NCBI GenBank assembly: GCA_963801165.1
Contig: CAWDDT010000013.1
Location: 96,001-160,000 of the forward strand
Origin: an uncultured bacterium
GTDB taxonomy: Bacteria; Actinomycetota; Acidimicrobiia; Spongiisociales; UBA5794
Length of the DNA stretch: 64,000 nt
Direction: 5' to 3'
In this document: in pieces, positions 48,189-56,911 of the stretch
Numbering within the stretch: position 1 is the stretch's first letter
Layout of the letters: the number at the start of each line of letters is the position of its first letter
The notes under the pieces: model-generated
The model's database searches: none
Seen by the model: the letters and a program-made list of their open reading frames with translations, nothing else
Told to the model about the DNA's origin: nothing
Position numbers and translations under genes: made by a program

Positions 48189-48556
48189 CCCTCCCTCTGG
48201 GAGGGTCGACCGGCCCGAAGGGCCAGGTCGGGGAGGGCGTCAGTAGGGGACCGAACGACCAGAAACCTCTGTTCACAAGGCCCTCACCTGCCTTCGCTTC
48301 GCTCGGCATCCTCTCCCAAAGGGAGAGGGAACAACGCCGAGCGCTCACGGGCTCCAACAGAACCGAGAACCTGAACCCCACCCGCCATCGGCATCCGAAC
48401 CTAAAGGGAGAGGGAACAACGCCGGGGTTCGGGCTCCAACAGAACCGAGAACCTACCATCGGCATCCGAACCTAAAGGGAGACGCGTCGGGCTCCAACAG
48501 AACCGAGAACCTGAACCCCACCCGCCATCGGCATCCTCTCCCAGAGGGAGAGGGAA
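48189..48556. repeat. REP-like palindromes with local tandem duplications
   Basis: cctctccc-aaa/aga-gggagagg hairpins; gggctccaacagaaccgagaacct x3 (48349, 48431, 48489). Confidence 0.8.
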
Positions 48557-49828
48557 TTACGCCGAGCGCTCTCTGGCTTCGGCGGAACCGAGATCCTGGA
48601 CCGGGATGAGTGTCGGGTTGACCCGCCCCCGGACCACGTCCTCGTCGATGACCACCCGGGCGATATCGGAGCGTGACGGTAGCTCGTACATCGTGTCGAG
48701 CAGCACTTCCTCCATGATGGCGCGCAGACCCCGGGCGCCCGTACCGCGCTTGACCGCCTGCTCGCCGATCGCCACGAGGGCGGCGTCCGTGATGACCAGC
48801 TCCACCCCATCCATCTCGAAGAACTTGGTGTACTGCTTGGTCAGGGCGTTCTTGGGCTCCTTGAGCACCTTGACCAGCGAATCGAGATCGAGGTCCTCGA
48901 CCGTGGTAACAACCGGGAGACGCCCGATGAACTCGGGGATCAGGCCATACCCGATCAAATCCTCGGGCATCACCTCGGAAAAGATCTCAGTGTCCGACCG
49001 CTTGTCGAGCGACCGCACCTCGGCACCGAACCCCACCGAGTTCTTGCCGATGCGCTTCCGAATCACCTCTTCGAGACCGGCAAATGCGCCGCCGCAGATG
49101 AACAGCATGTTGGTGGTGTCGATCTGGAGAAACTCCTGATGGGGATGCTTGCGGCCACCCTGGGGCGGGACCGACGCAACCGTTCCCTCGAGGATCTTGA
49201 GCAGAGCCTGCTGCACACCTTCACCCGATACGTCCCGGGTGATCGACGGGTTCTCGGCCTTGCGAGCGATCTTGTCGATCTCATCCAGATAGATGATGCC
49301 GGTCTCGGCTCGCTTTATGTCGAAATCCGCCGCCTGGATCAACTTGAGCAGGATGTTCTCGACATCTTCACCGACGTAGCCGGCCTCGGTGAGCGCGGTG
49401 GCGTCTGCGATCGCAAAGGGAACATTGAGGCGCCGTGCCAGCGTCTGAGCGAGCAACGTCTTGCCGACACCCGTCGGCCCGACCATCAGGATGTTGGACT
49501 TCTGGAGCTCGACGTCGTCGTCCTTGGCCTTCTGGCCCGCCCGCACCCGCTTGTAGTGGTTGTAGACGGCGACCGAGAGGACCCGCTTGGCCTTTACCTG
49601 TCCAACGACGTAACCGTCGAGGAACTCGTAGATCTCGTTCGGCTTGGGGAGTTCGGCGAAGCTGACCTCGTCGGTGTCGGCAAGCTCTTCCTCGATGATC
49701 TCGTTGCACAGCTCGACGCATTCGTCACAGATATACACACCGGGTCCGGCGATCAGTTTGCGGACCTGCTTCTGCGATTTACCACAGAAGCTGCATTTGA
49801 GGAGTTCGCCGCCTTCGTACTTGGCCAA
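48557..49828 (-). CDS. clpX: ATP-dependent Clp protease ATPase ClpX
   Basis: CSFCGK zinc finger, [30 protein letters not shown]. Confidence 0.98.
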   Translation of the reverse strand: MAKYEGGELLKCSFCGKSQKQVRKLIAGPGVYICDECVELCNEIIEEELADTDEVSFAELPKPNEIYEFLDGYVVGQVKAKRVLSVAVYNHYKRVRAGQKAKDDDVELQKSNILMVGPTGVGKTLLAQTLARRLNVPFAIADATALTEAGYVGEDVENILLKLIQAADFDIKRAETGIIYLDEIDKIARKAENPSITRDVSGEGVQQALLKILEGTVASVPPQGGRKHPHQEFLQIDTTNMLFICGGAFAGLEEVIRKRIGKNSVGFGAEVRSLDKRSDTEIFSEVMPEDLIGYGLIPEFIGRLPVVTTVEDLDLDSLVKVLKEPKNALTKQYTKFFEMDGVELVITDAALVAIGEQAVKRGTGARGLRAIMEEVLLDTMYELPSRSDIARVVIDEDVVRGRVNPTLIPVQDLGSAEARERSA

Positions 49829-49843
49829 GGTGTTCTCTCTTCC

Positions 49844-50452
49844 CTACCCGGACACTGCCTCTAGCGTACGCCGTGAGAGCACCTCGTCAATAACCCCGTA
49901 GTCCTTGGACTCGGCGGCGCTCATCCAATAGTCCCGTTCCGTGTCATCCGAGACTCGCTCGATCGCCTGGCCGGTGTGCTGCACCAGGATCTCGTTTATC
50001 TCCTCGCGGGTCTTGAGGATCTCGCGAGCGTGGATCTCGATGTCGGTTGCCTGACCTGCTAAACCTGAGATGTGCGGCTGGTGGAGCATCACCCGCGCGT
50101 GGGGCAATGCGTAGCGCTTGCCGTGGGTGCCACCGGCGAGAAGCACTGCGGCAGCCGACGCCGCCAGACCCATGCAATAAGTGGCCACGTCGGCCTTGAT
50201 GAACTGCATCGTGTCGTATATGGCCATCAGCGCATAGGTGGACCCACCCGGCGAATTGATGTAGATCGAAATGTCCTTGTCGGGGTCCTCGCCCTCGAGG
50301 TGCAACAGCTGGGCCATGATCACGTTGGCGACACCGTCGTCGATGGGCGTGCCGAGAAACACAATGCGATCCTTGAGGAGGCGGCTGTATATGTCGAAGG
50401 CACGCTCCCCGCGAGGGGTGTTCTCGACGACGGTCGGCACCAGATAACTCAT
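49844..50452 (-). CDS. clpP: Clp protease proteolytic subunit
   Basis: [30 protein letters not shown]; start ATG 50452. Confidence 0.97.
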   Translation of the reverse strand: MSYLVPTVVENTPRGERAFDIYSRLLKDRIVFLGTPIDDGVANVIMAQLLHLEGEDPDKDISIYINSPGGSTYALMAIYDTMQFIKADVATYCMGLAASAAAVLLAGGTHGKRYALPHARVMLHQPHISGLAGQATDIEIHAREILKTREEINEILVQHTGQAIERVSDDTERDYWMSAAESKDYGVIDEVLSRRTLEAVSG

Positions 50453-50459
50453 GGTTCTC

Positions 50460-51842
50460 CTAATCCTCTTCCGCTTTCGGTTCATCGTCCCCGGCCGCGC
50501 TCTGATCCGTATCGTCCGCTCCGTCGGGCGGCCGCAAGTCGATGTGCTCACCCTCTTGGTCGATTGCCTCTGCCGAGGCAACGATACGGTCGAGGGCCTT
50601 GCGACGAAGGATATCACCGGTAAGGACCGCTACCCGCCCACTGGTGACCAACGACTCTTTGAAGGCGGCGGCGTCCTGGTTGACATCGCCCGCCATCGTG
50701 GCGATCGCTTCGTCCAGTTCCCCGTCGGCAAGATCGAGCCCCTCTATAGCGACGACGCTGTCGAGCAGGATGCGGGTGCGCAACGATCGCTCCGACCGGC
50801 CCCGTAGCTCGTCGACGAACTGCTGCTCGGTCTGACCGGTGATCCGCAGGTAGTTGGAGAAGTCGACTCCCTGCTGGTCGAGCGTATGGGCGAGATTGTG
50901 CAGCGATGCCTGGAACTCGGCATCAATCAGGGCTTCGGGCACCTCGAACGAAAGCTCCTCGGATATCTCCTCGAGCAGCTTGTTGCGAAAGGCGCTGTCT
51001 GCGGTGTCGAGCTTCATGATCGTCAGGTTGGTCCGGATCCGGTCGGTGAGGTCGGCGACGGTGTCGAACTCGGAGACGTCCGACACCCACTCGTCGGTGA
51101 CCTCGGGGAGCTTCTTAGCCCGGACTCCCTTCACCAGCACCTTGAGCATGGCCTCCAGCGACTCGTCGGCACCGAACCCGGGGGGAAGCGTTCCCGGGCC
51201 TTCGCGAATATCGCCGACCGAAGCGCCGCCGAGTAGATCGTCGAGCCCGGGGATGAACGATTTCGACCCCACCTGGTAGAGGAGGTCGTCGGCCGATGCT
51301 TCCGGCACATCCTGTCCAGCGACCGACGCCGAGAAATTGATCATTACGAAGTCGCCGTCGCCTGCGGGACGGGCTACGTCTTCGAGCTCCGCATACTGAT
51401 CGCGCAGCCGGTCGATGTGGGAGTTGATCTCGTCGTCGGAAACGGAGGGTGAGTCGATGGTGATCTTGCGACCCGCAAAGTCCGGGATGGCGTCGAGGAC
51501 GGGCCAGAGCGTCACCCTTATGTCCACATCGACTCCCCCACCCTCGGCGTCACGGACGGCCTCGAGTCGCGGCGTCGCCGCCGGTTCGAGCTCGGCCTCA
51601 TCGATGGCCGGACCGACGAGCTCGGGCAGCGAGTCGTCGATGGCCTCCTGGCGTAGAGCCTCCTCGCCCACCATGCGCTCCACGATGGAACGTGGAGCCT
51701 TGCCCGGGCGGAAACCCTTGATCTTCATTGATCTGGACAGCTTGCGAGCCGCCTTGTTCTTGGCGGACTCGAGCTCCTCCTCCTCGAGACGTATGGTCAG
51801 GATCCGCTCGAACGGACCTGCCTCTTTGATGTCGGTTTGCAC
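50460..51842 (-). CDS. tig: Trigger factor
   Basis: [12 protein letters not shown]; tig-clpP-clpX order; GTG start at 51842. Confidence 0.94.
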   Translation of the reverse strand: MQTDIKEAGPFERILTIRLEEEELESAKNKAARKLSRSMKIKGFRPGKAPRSIVERMVGEEALRQEAIDDSLPELVGPAIDEAELEPAATPRLEAVRDAEGGGVDVDIRVTLWPVLDAIPDFAGRKITIDSPSVSDDEINSHIDRLRDQYAELEDVARPAGDGDFVMINFSASVAGQDVPEASADDLLYQVGSKSFIPGLDDLLGGASVGDIREGPGTLPPGFGADESLEAMLKVLVKGVRAKKLPEVTDEWVSDVSEFDTVADLTDRIRTNLTIMKLDTADSAFRNKLLEEISEELSFEVPEALIDAEFQASLHNLAHTLDQQGVDFSNYLRITGQTEQQFVDELRGRSERSLRTRILLDSVVAIEGLDLADGELDEAIATMAGDVNQDAAAFKESLVTSGRVAVLTGDILRRKALDRIVASAEAIDQEGEHIDLRPPDGADDTDQSAAGDDEPKAEED

Positions 51843-51864
51843 GGGCGGCTCCTCGAATATTGAC

Positions 51865-51893
51865 AAAAAAAGGCACCGACGCAAGGGCGGCGC
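51865..51893 (-). terminator. Intrinsic terminator-like element after tRNA-His
   Basis: GCGCCG-loop-CGGTGC followed by C and a T7 run on the minus strand. Confidence 0.5.
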
Positions 51894-51907
51894 AAGCCAC
51901 GGTTACT

Positions 51908-51985
51908 TGGGGTGGCCGACGGGATTTGAACCCGCGACTTCCTGGACCACAACCAGGTGCTCTGCCAAGCTGAGCTACGACCACC
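51908..51985 (-). tRNA. tRNA-His(GTG)
   Basis: CCTGG-TT GTG GT-CCAGG anticodon arm; encoded G-1, C73 and CCA. Confidence 0.96.
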
Positions 51986-52076
51986 ATGGAGCGGATCTCT
52001 CCGCCCGCAATTCCCCCGTCGATCCGGCTTGCCGGATCACCGGAACTGCCAATGTACCGGCAAAGCCGCTACACGG

Positions 52077-52149
52077 CGCCCCCGGAAGGATTCGAACCCT
52101 CGACCAAGAGCTTAGAAGGCTCCTGCTCTGTCCCCTGAGCTACGGGGGC
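52077..52149 (-). tRNA. tRNA-Arg(TCT)
   Basis: GCCCCCGTAGCTCAG...GAGC-CT TCT AA-GCTC...GGTTCGAATCC; CCA not fully encoded. Confidence 0.95.
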
Positions 52150-52200
52150 TCACCGAGGACGACGCAGGATAGGCATGTTGCCGGCACCGGCGTCCACACG

Positions 52201-52271
52201 AGCGGATGACGGGAGTCGAACCCGCGTAACCAGCTTGGAAGGCTGGGGCTCTACCACTGAGCTACATCCGC
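52201..52271 (-). tRNA. tRNA-Gly(TCC)
   Basis: GCGGATGTAGCTCAG...CCAGC-CT TCC AA-GCTGG...GGTTCGACTCC; CCA not encoded. Confidence 0.95.
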
Positions 52272-52338
52272 AGCGGCCATGACATTAATCCTATCGAGGG
52301 CCATGTCGAAGGCTCACGACACCGGAGCGACCACCGAT

Positions 52339-54858
52339 TCAGGCGAGCCTGGTCACGACCGCAAACGGGCCTTCGGAATACGACAGACCCTCGGCCACCG
52401 CCGCCGCTTTCAGATCGTGTTCACCCGCCTGGATGAGCGACCGATCCCCGCCGCCGGCCGTTATCGCCAATGACGCCACCTCGCTGCGCATCGATGCCTT
52501 CGCCTCGGATTTGGCCCTCCTTACCGCGGTGAGCACACGAGAAACGACCTCGACTACGGCTGGATCTCCAACCAATCCATCAAGCTCGGCCGGCGACGGC
52601 CATGGGCTGCGGTGCACCGAGCCGGCCTGCCACCAGCTCCACACCTCCTCGCTGACAAACGGCAGGAACGGCGCAAACAGCCGTAAATACACGCTGAGCG
52701 CAAGCTGCAGGGTGGCGTGGGCGGATCGGGCCCCCGCTCCCTCGCCGTAGGCCCGGCTCTTGACCAGCTCCAAATAGTCGTCGGTCCAGAACCAGAACGA
52801 CCTTTCGGCCACATCCAGGGCCCGGGCATAGTCGTATTCCTCGAACCCGTCCGTTGCCTGCCGGATCGTCTCGGCGAGATGGGCCAGTAGCGATCTGTCC
52901 AACGGCTCGGTGATATCGGCCGGTTCAACCGCATCTGAGAAACGCAGGACGAAACGGGAGGCGTTGAGGATCTTGATGGCCAGACGTCGCCCGATCTTCA
53001 TCACGCCGAAGTCCAGGGCCGTGTCGACGCCGGGACGACCATTACACGCCCAGTAGCGGATGGCCTCGGCGCCGTGCTCCTCGATCAGCGGGAGCGGCGT
53101 CACAACATTGTCCTTCGACTTCGACATCTTCTTGCGATCGGGGTCGAGGATCCACCCGTTGATGGTGGCGGTGTGCCACGGCAGCACGCCGTGCTCCTGA
53201 TGCGCCCTGGTGACGGTGGCGAACAGCCAGGTCCTGATTATCTCAGGCCCCTGCGGGCGCAAGTCCATCGGGAAGACTCTCGCCCACAGGTCCGCATCGT
53301 CGTCCCAGTGCCCGGCGACTTGCGGGGTCAGCGACGAAGTAGCCCAGGTGTCCATCACATCGGGATCGGCGATGAAACCGCCGGCTTCGCTGCGCTGTGA
53401 CTCTTCGTACCCGGGTGGGGCGTCGGTGGTCGGATCAACCGGCAGTTGATCGTCGCCCGGGATAAGCGGCCGGTCGTAGTCGATGACCCCATCGGCTCCG
53501 ATCGGGTACCACAGCGGCATAGGCACCCCGAAGAATCGTTGCCGGGAGATCAGCCAGTCGCTGTTGAGGCCCTCCACCCAATGGCGGTAGCGGACGCCCA
53601 TGAACTCGGGCACCCAGCGCAGCTCTTCCCCTCTCTCGAGCAGCTCTTGCCGTAGGTCGAGATCGAGGCCGCCATTGCGTATGTACCACTGTCGACTGGA
53701 GACGATCTCGAGGGGACGTTTCCCTTTCTCGTAGTACTTGACCGCGTGGACGATGGAACGAGGCTCGCCTTCCATGTCCCCCGCTGCGGCCAGCATTTCG
53801 GCGATCGCCCGGCGCGCCTGCTTGGGGTACAAGCCCGCGATCTGCTCATACGCTGCGGTGCCGGACTCAGCAATCCACCCGGGAGTCTCGGTCTGGAACC
53901 GTCCATCGCGCTGGATGACGGTACGGGTCGGCAACTGCAGCTCGCGCCACCACACCACGTCTGTCGTGTCACCGAAGGTACAGATCATGGCGATGCCCGT
54001 GCCCTTTTCCGGCTCGGCCAGTTCGTGGGCGACGACGGGGACTTCGATACCGAAAAGCGGTGTCGTTGCCCCGGTCCCGAACAACGGCCGGTAACGCTCG
54101 TCGCCGGGGTGGGCGACGAGAGCGACACATGAGCAGAGCAGCTCGGGTCGGGTGGTGTCGACATACACGTAGGTGCCGTCGTCGAGCCCAAACCGCACCT
54201 TGTGATAACTCCCGCGATCCTCCCGATCCTCGAGCTCCGCCTGGGCGACCGCCGTGCGGAAGTCGACATCCCACAACACCGGAGCCTCACGGGCGTACGC
54301 CTCGCCGCGCTCCAGGTTGCGCAGGAAAGCCCTCTGCGAGGTGCGTCTGCTGCGGTCGTCGATGGTTGCGTAGGTCTGGGTCCAGTCGACGGAGAGCCCG
54401 AGGACACGCCAGAGATGCTCGAAGACCTGCTCGTCTTCGGTGGTGAGCAGGTGGCACAGCTCGATGAAGTTGCGGCGGCTGATATGGCGGGGAGGCTCGA
54501 ATGCCTTCTCGGGCGGCCCGAAATCGGGGTCGTACCGCAGCGAAGGGTCGCAGAGGACCCCGTAAAAGTTCTGGACGCGACGCTCGGTGGGGAGACCGTT
54601 GTCGTCCCAGCCCATCGGATAGAACACCTCTTTTCCCGCCATCCTCCTGTAGCGGGCGTGCGCATCGGTTTGCACATACCCGAACACTGAGCCCATGTGG
54701 AGCGAGCCCGACACTGTCGGCGGCGGGGTGTCGATCGAATAGATCTCGGGACGGCTCCTGGAGCGATCGAAGCGGTAGGTGCCGTCGCGGTCCCAGACCT
54801 CGTCCCACTTCTGCTCGAGGCCTTCGAGGCTCGGTTTCTCGGGGATCTTCCATGCCAT
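52339..54858 (-). CDS. valS: Second valine--tRNA ligase (archaeal/actinobacterial-like short type, no coiled-coil arm)
   Basis: YSIDTPPPTVSGSLHMGS, GWDDNGLPTER, TTRPEL, CTFGD, WLISRQRFFG, DTWATSS, RPQGPEIIRTW, KMSKS. Confidence 0.9.
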   Translation of the reverse strand: MAWKIPEKPSLEGLEQKWDEVWDRDGTYRFDRSRSRPEIYSIDTPPPTVSGSLHMGSVFGYVQTDAHARYRRMAGKEVFYPMGWDDNGLPTERRVQNFYGVLCDPSLRYDPDFGPPEKAFEPPRHISRRNFIELCHLLTTEDEQVFEHLWRVLGLSVDWTQTYATIDDRSRRTSQRAFLRNLERGEAYAREAPVLWDVDFRTAVAQAELEDREDRGSYHKVRFGLDDGTYVYVDTTRPELLCSCVALVAHPGDERYRPLFGTGATTPLFGIEVPVVAHELAEPEKGTGIAMICTFGDTTDVVWWRELQLPTRTVIQRDGRFQTETPGWIAESGTAAYEQIAGLYPKQARRAIAEMLAAAGDMEGEPRSIVHAVKYYEKGKRPLEIVSSRQWYIRNGGLDLDLRQELLERGEELRWVPEFMGVRYRHWVEGLNSDWLISRQRFFGVPMPLWYPIGADGVIDYDRPLIPGDDQLPVDPTTDAPPGYEESQRSEAGGFIADPDVMDTWATSSLTPQVAGHWDDDADLWARVFPMDLRPQGPEIIRTWLFATVTRAHQEHGVLPWHTATINGWILDPDRKKMSKSKDNVVTPLPLIEEHGAEAIRYWACNGRPGVDTALDFGVMKIGRRLAIKILNASRFVLRFSDAVEPADITEPLDRSLLAHLAETIRQATDGFEEYDYARALDVAERSFWFWTDDYLELVKSRAYGEGAGARSAHATLQLALSVYLRLFAPFLPFVSEEVWSWWQAGSVHRSPWPSPAELDGLVGDPAVVEVVSRVLTAVRRAKSEAKASMRSEVASLAITAGGGDRSLIQAGEHDLKAAAVAEGLSYSEGPFAVVTRLA

Positions 54859-54929
54859 GGGAAGCGAGTTTATAGAAGCCGGACCAGGGAGCGAACAACG
54901 GAATGCATCGCGCTCATAGACTCGGTCTC

Positions 54930-56093
54930 ATGGACACCCTTTATCGGAATGCTGCACTAGCCGATGGCACCGGGCCGGAAATCGTCCTCGACCAGTCGAT
55001 CCTGGTCCGGGGCAATCGGATCGCGTGGATCGGCCATGATGACGAAGCCGGGGCACCGACCGGGTCGACCCGGGTGATCGACGTTGGCGGGGCCACCGTG
55101 GTGCCGGGGATGGTCGACGCACACAGCCACACGGTCTTACCCGGCGGGTCTCACTGGATCGCCCGTATCGACGACTCCACCGATGAGTTGCTTGCGGTCG
55201 CCGAGCACAACGGGGACATCGCCCGGCGGGCAGGCACCCGCTGGTTTCGCGACGTCGGGTCACCGCCTCGCGACGGAGCGGCGCTCGCCCTGCGGGTCCG
55301 GGATGCGTGGGAAGTTCGCCAGGATCGGCCGTACGTTCGAGCCGCCGGCACCTGGATCTCCAAGGCCGGCTTGCTGCCCTCCAGCATCGACGCTGAGGCG
55401 GCGGACGCCGACGAGTTGGTGGCAGCGGTTCACCAACAAGCCGCCGACGGAGCAGACCTCATCAAGCTCTATCTGGACGGCCCGGACCGAGACACCTCAC
55501 CCTGGACCGCCACCGAGGTGGCGCGTGCCGTCGCAGCCGCCGATGAGCATGGGCTCGAGGTGACTGCCCACGCCACCGTGTTGCCGGGCGCCCGGGCCGG
55601 GGTAGCGGGCGGGGTGGCTTGCATCGAGCACGGCACTACCCTCGACGCCGACCTCACCGCCGAGATGGCACGGCGCGGTACCTACCTCGTACCCACTCTC
55701 GGAGTCGTGGCCTCGTGGATGACGTTCTCCTCCACCACCACGATTGACCGATTCGCCTCGGTCGAGGGGCGAGCCACCCTGACGGAGAGGAAAGAACGGG
55801 CGTTTCACAGTGTCGGTCTGGCGTCGGCAGCCGGGGTGACGATGGCGGCGGGAACCGACTTCGGAGGAGGTTCGCTGCGGGCCAACCATCTGGCCTGGGA
55901 GGTCGAGTGCCTCGTCGCCGCCGGTTTGGAGCCGTGGCGGGCGCTGGCCGCGGCCACCTGGGTCGGTGGCGAGCTGCTCGGTGAGCCGACCGCAGGACGG
56001 ATCACCGTCGGCGGACCTGCGGATTTCTTCCTCGTTCACGGCAACCCCCTCGAGGAACCCGCTGCCCTATGGCGGGTCTGGCGCGTCGTCTAG
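54930..56093 (+). CDS. Metal-dependent amidohydrolase
   Basis: PGMVDAHSH, IKLY, TAHA, IEHG, AGTDFG, GNPL. Confidence 0.88.
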   Translation: MDTLYRNAALADGTGPEIVLDQSILVRGNRIAWIGHDDEAGAPTGSTRVIDVGGATVVPGMVDAHSHTVLPGGSHWIARIDDSTDELLAVAEHNGDIARRAGTRWFRDVGSPPRDGAALALRVRDAWEVRQDRPYVRAAGTWISKAGLLPSSIDAEAADADELVAAVHQQAADGADLIKLYLDGPDRDTSPWTATEVARAVAAADEHGLEVTAHATVLPGARAGVAGGVACIEHGTTLDADLTAEMARRGTYLVPTLGVVASWMTFSSTTTIDRFASVEGRATLTERKERAFHSVGLASAAGVTMAAGTDFGGGSLRANHLAWEVECLVAAGLEPWRALAAATWVGGELLGEPTAGRITVGGPADFFLVHGNPLEEPAALWRVWRVV

Positions 56094-56164
56094 GACCGAC
56101 GGTCGAACGGGCTTGACGATCGATCGGGCTTGACGATGCATTCACCGACCGGACAATGGGGCAG

Positions 56165-56911
56165 ATGAGCAAGATCGACGACTACCGGGCAACCCTGCGC
56201 TCGCTGACCACCTGGGACGACTACCTGCGGGAGCATTCGGGTCTCCCCGGCCCGCGCGGGAACATCGAGCTGGCCCGGGCGGTGGCTGAGGAGGGCGATC
56301 GGGCTCTGTTCGACCGCTTCACCGCGCTGACCGCCGCGGTCGCCCCGGTCAACGCCCCCGATGAGTTTCTCGCCTTCTGTGGCGTCGTCGGGCGGGGCAG
56401 GCTGCTCGCCGACGGCGATCCCGGGGTCGCGGCGGTGCTTCGCGACCACGCGGTTGATGTGCGCTGGCGGATACGCGAAGCGGTCGCGATGGCGTTGCAG
56501 CGTCTCGGTGACGTCGACATGAAGCGGATGATCGCCGTGGTCAGAGATTGGGCGGCCGGATCGCCTCTAGAGCAGCGGGCAGCCGCGGCCGCGGTCTGTG
56601 AACCGCGGCTATTGCGGGACAGAGGTGATGCACGGGATGTCCTCGATCTGCTCGACACGATCACGGCAAGCGTCCCGGCGCGGACTGATCGGCGTGATGA
56701 CGGGTTCATCGCTCTCCGCAAAGGTCTCGGATATTGCTGGAGTGTCGCCGTCGCGGCCCTGCCCGATGAGGGGAAGCCGCTGCTGGAGAAGTGGCTGGGC
56801 TCGACCGATCCGGACATCCGGTGGATCATGCGCGAGAACCTGAAGAAGAAGCGTCTCGAGAGGGCGGACCCGGGTTGGGTGGCGCTGTGGCGCAGCCGGA
56901 TCAGTCGATAA
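56165..56911 (+). CDS. Conserved hypothetical HEAT-repeat-like protein
   Basis: SGLPGPRGNIEL, DVRWRIREAVAMALQ, LRKGLGYCWSVAV, WIMRENLKK; predicted all-helical. Confidence 0.7.
   Translation: MSKIDDYRATLRSLTTWDDYLREHSGLPGPRGNIELARAVAEEGDRALFDRFTALTAAVAPVNAPDEFLAFCGVVGRGRLLADGDPGVAAVLRDHAVDVRWRIREAVAMALQRLGDVDMKRMIAVVRDWAAGSPLEQRAAAAAVCEPRLLRDRGDARDVLDLLDTITASVPARTDRRDDGFIALRKGLGYCWSVAVAALPDEGKPLLEKWLGSTDPDIRWIMRENLKKKRLERADPGWVALWRSRISR

Noticed and set aside
48349-48512. Three 24-bp direct repeats as a mini CRISPR array
   Set aside because: Spacing is uneven (82 and 58 bp), the intervening DNA is itself repetitive and REP-derived, and there are no cas genes in the window.
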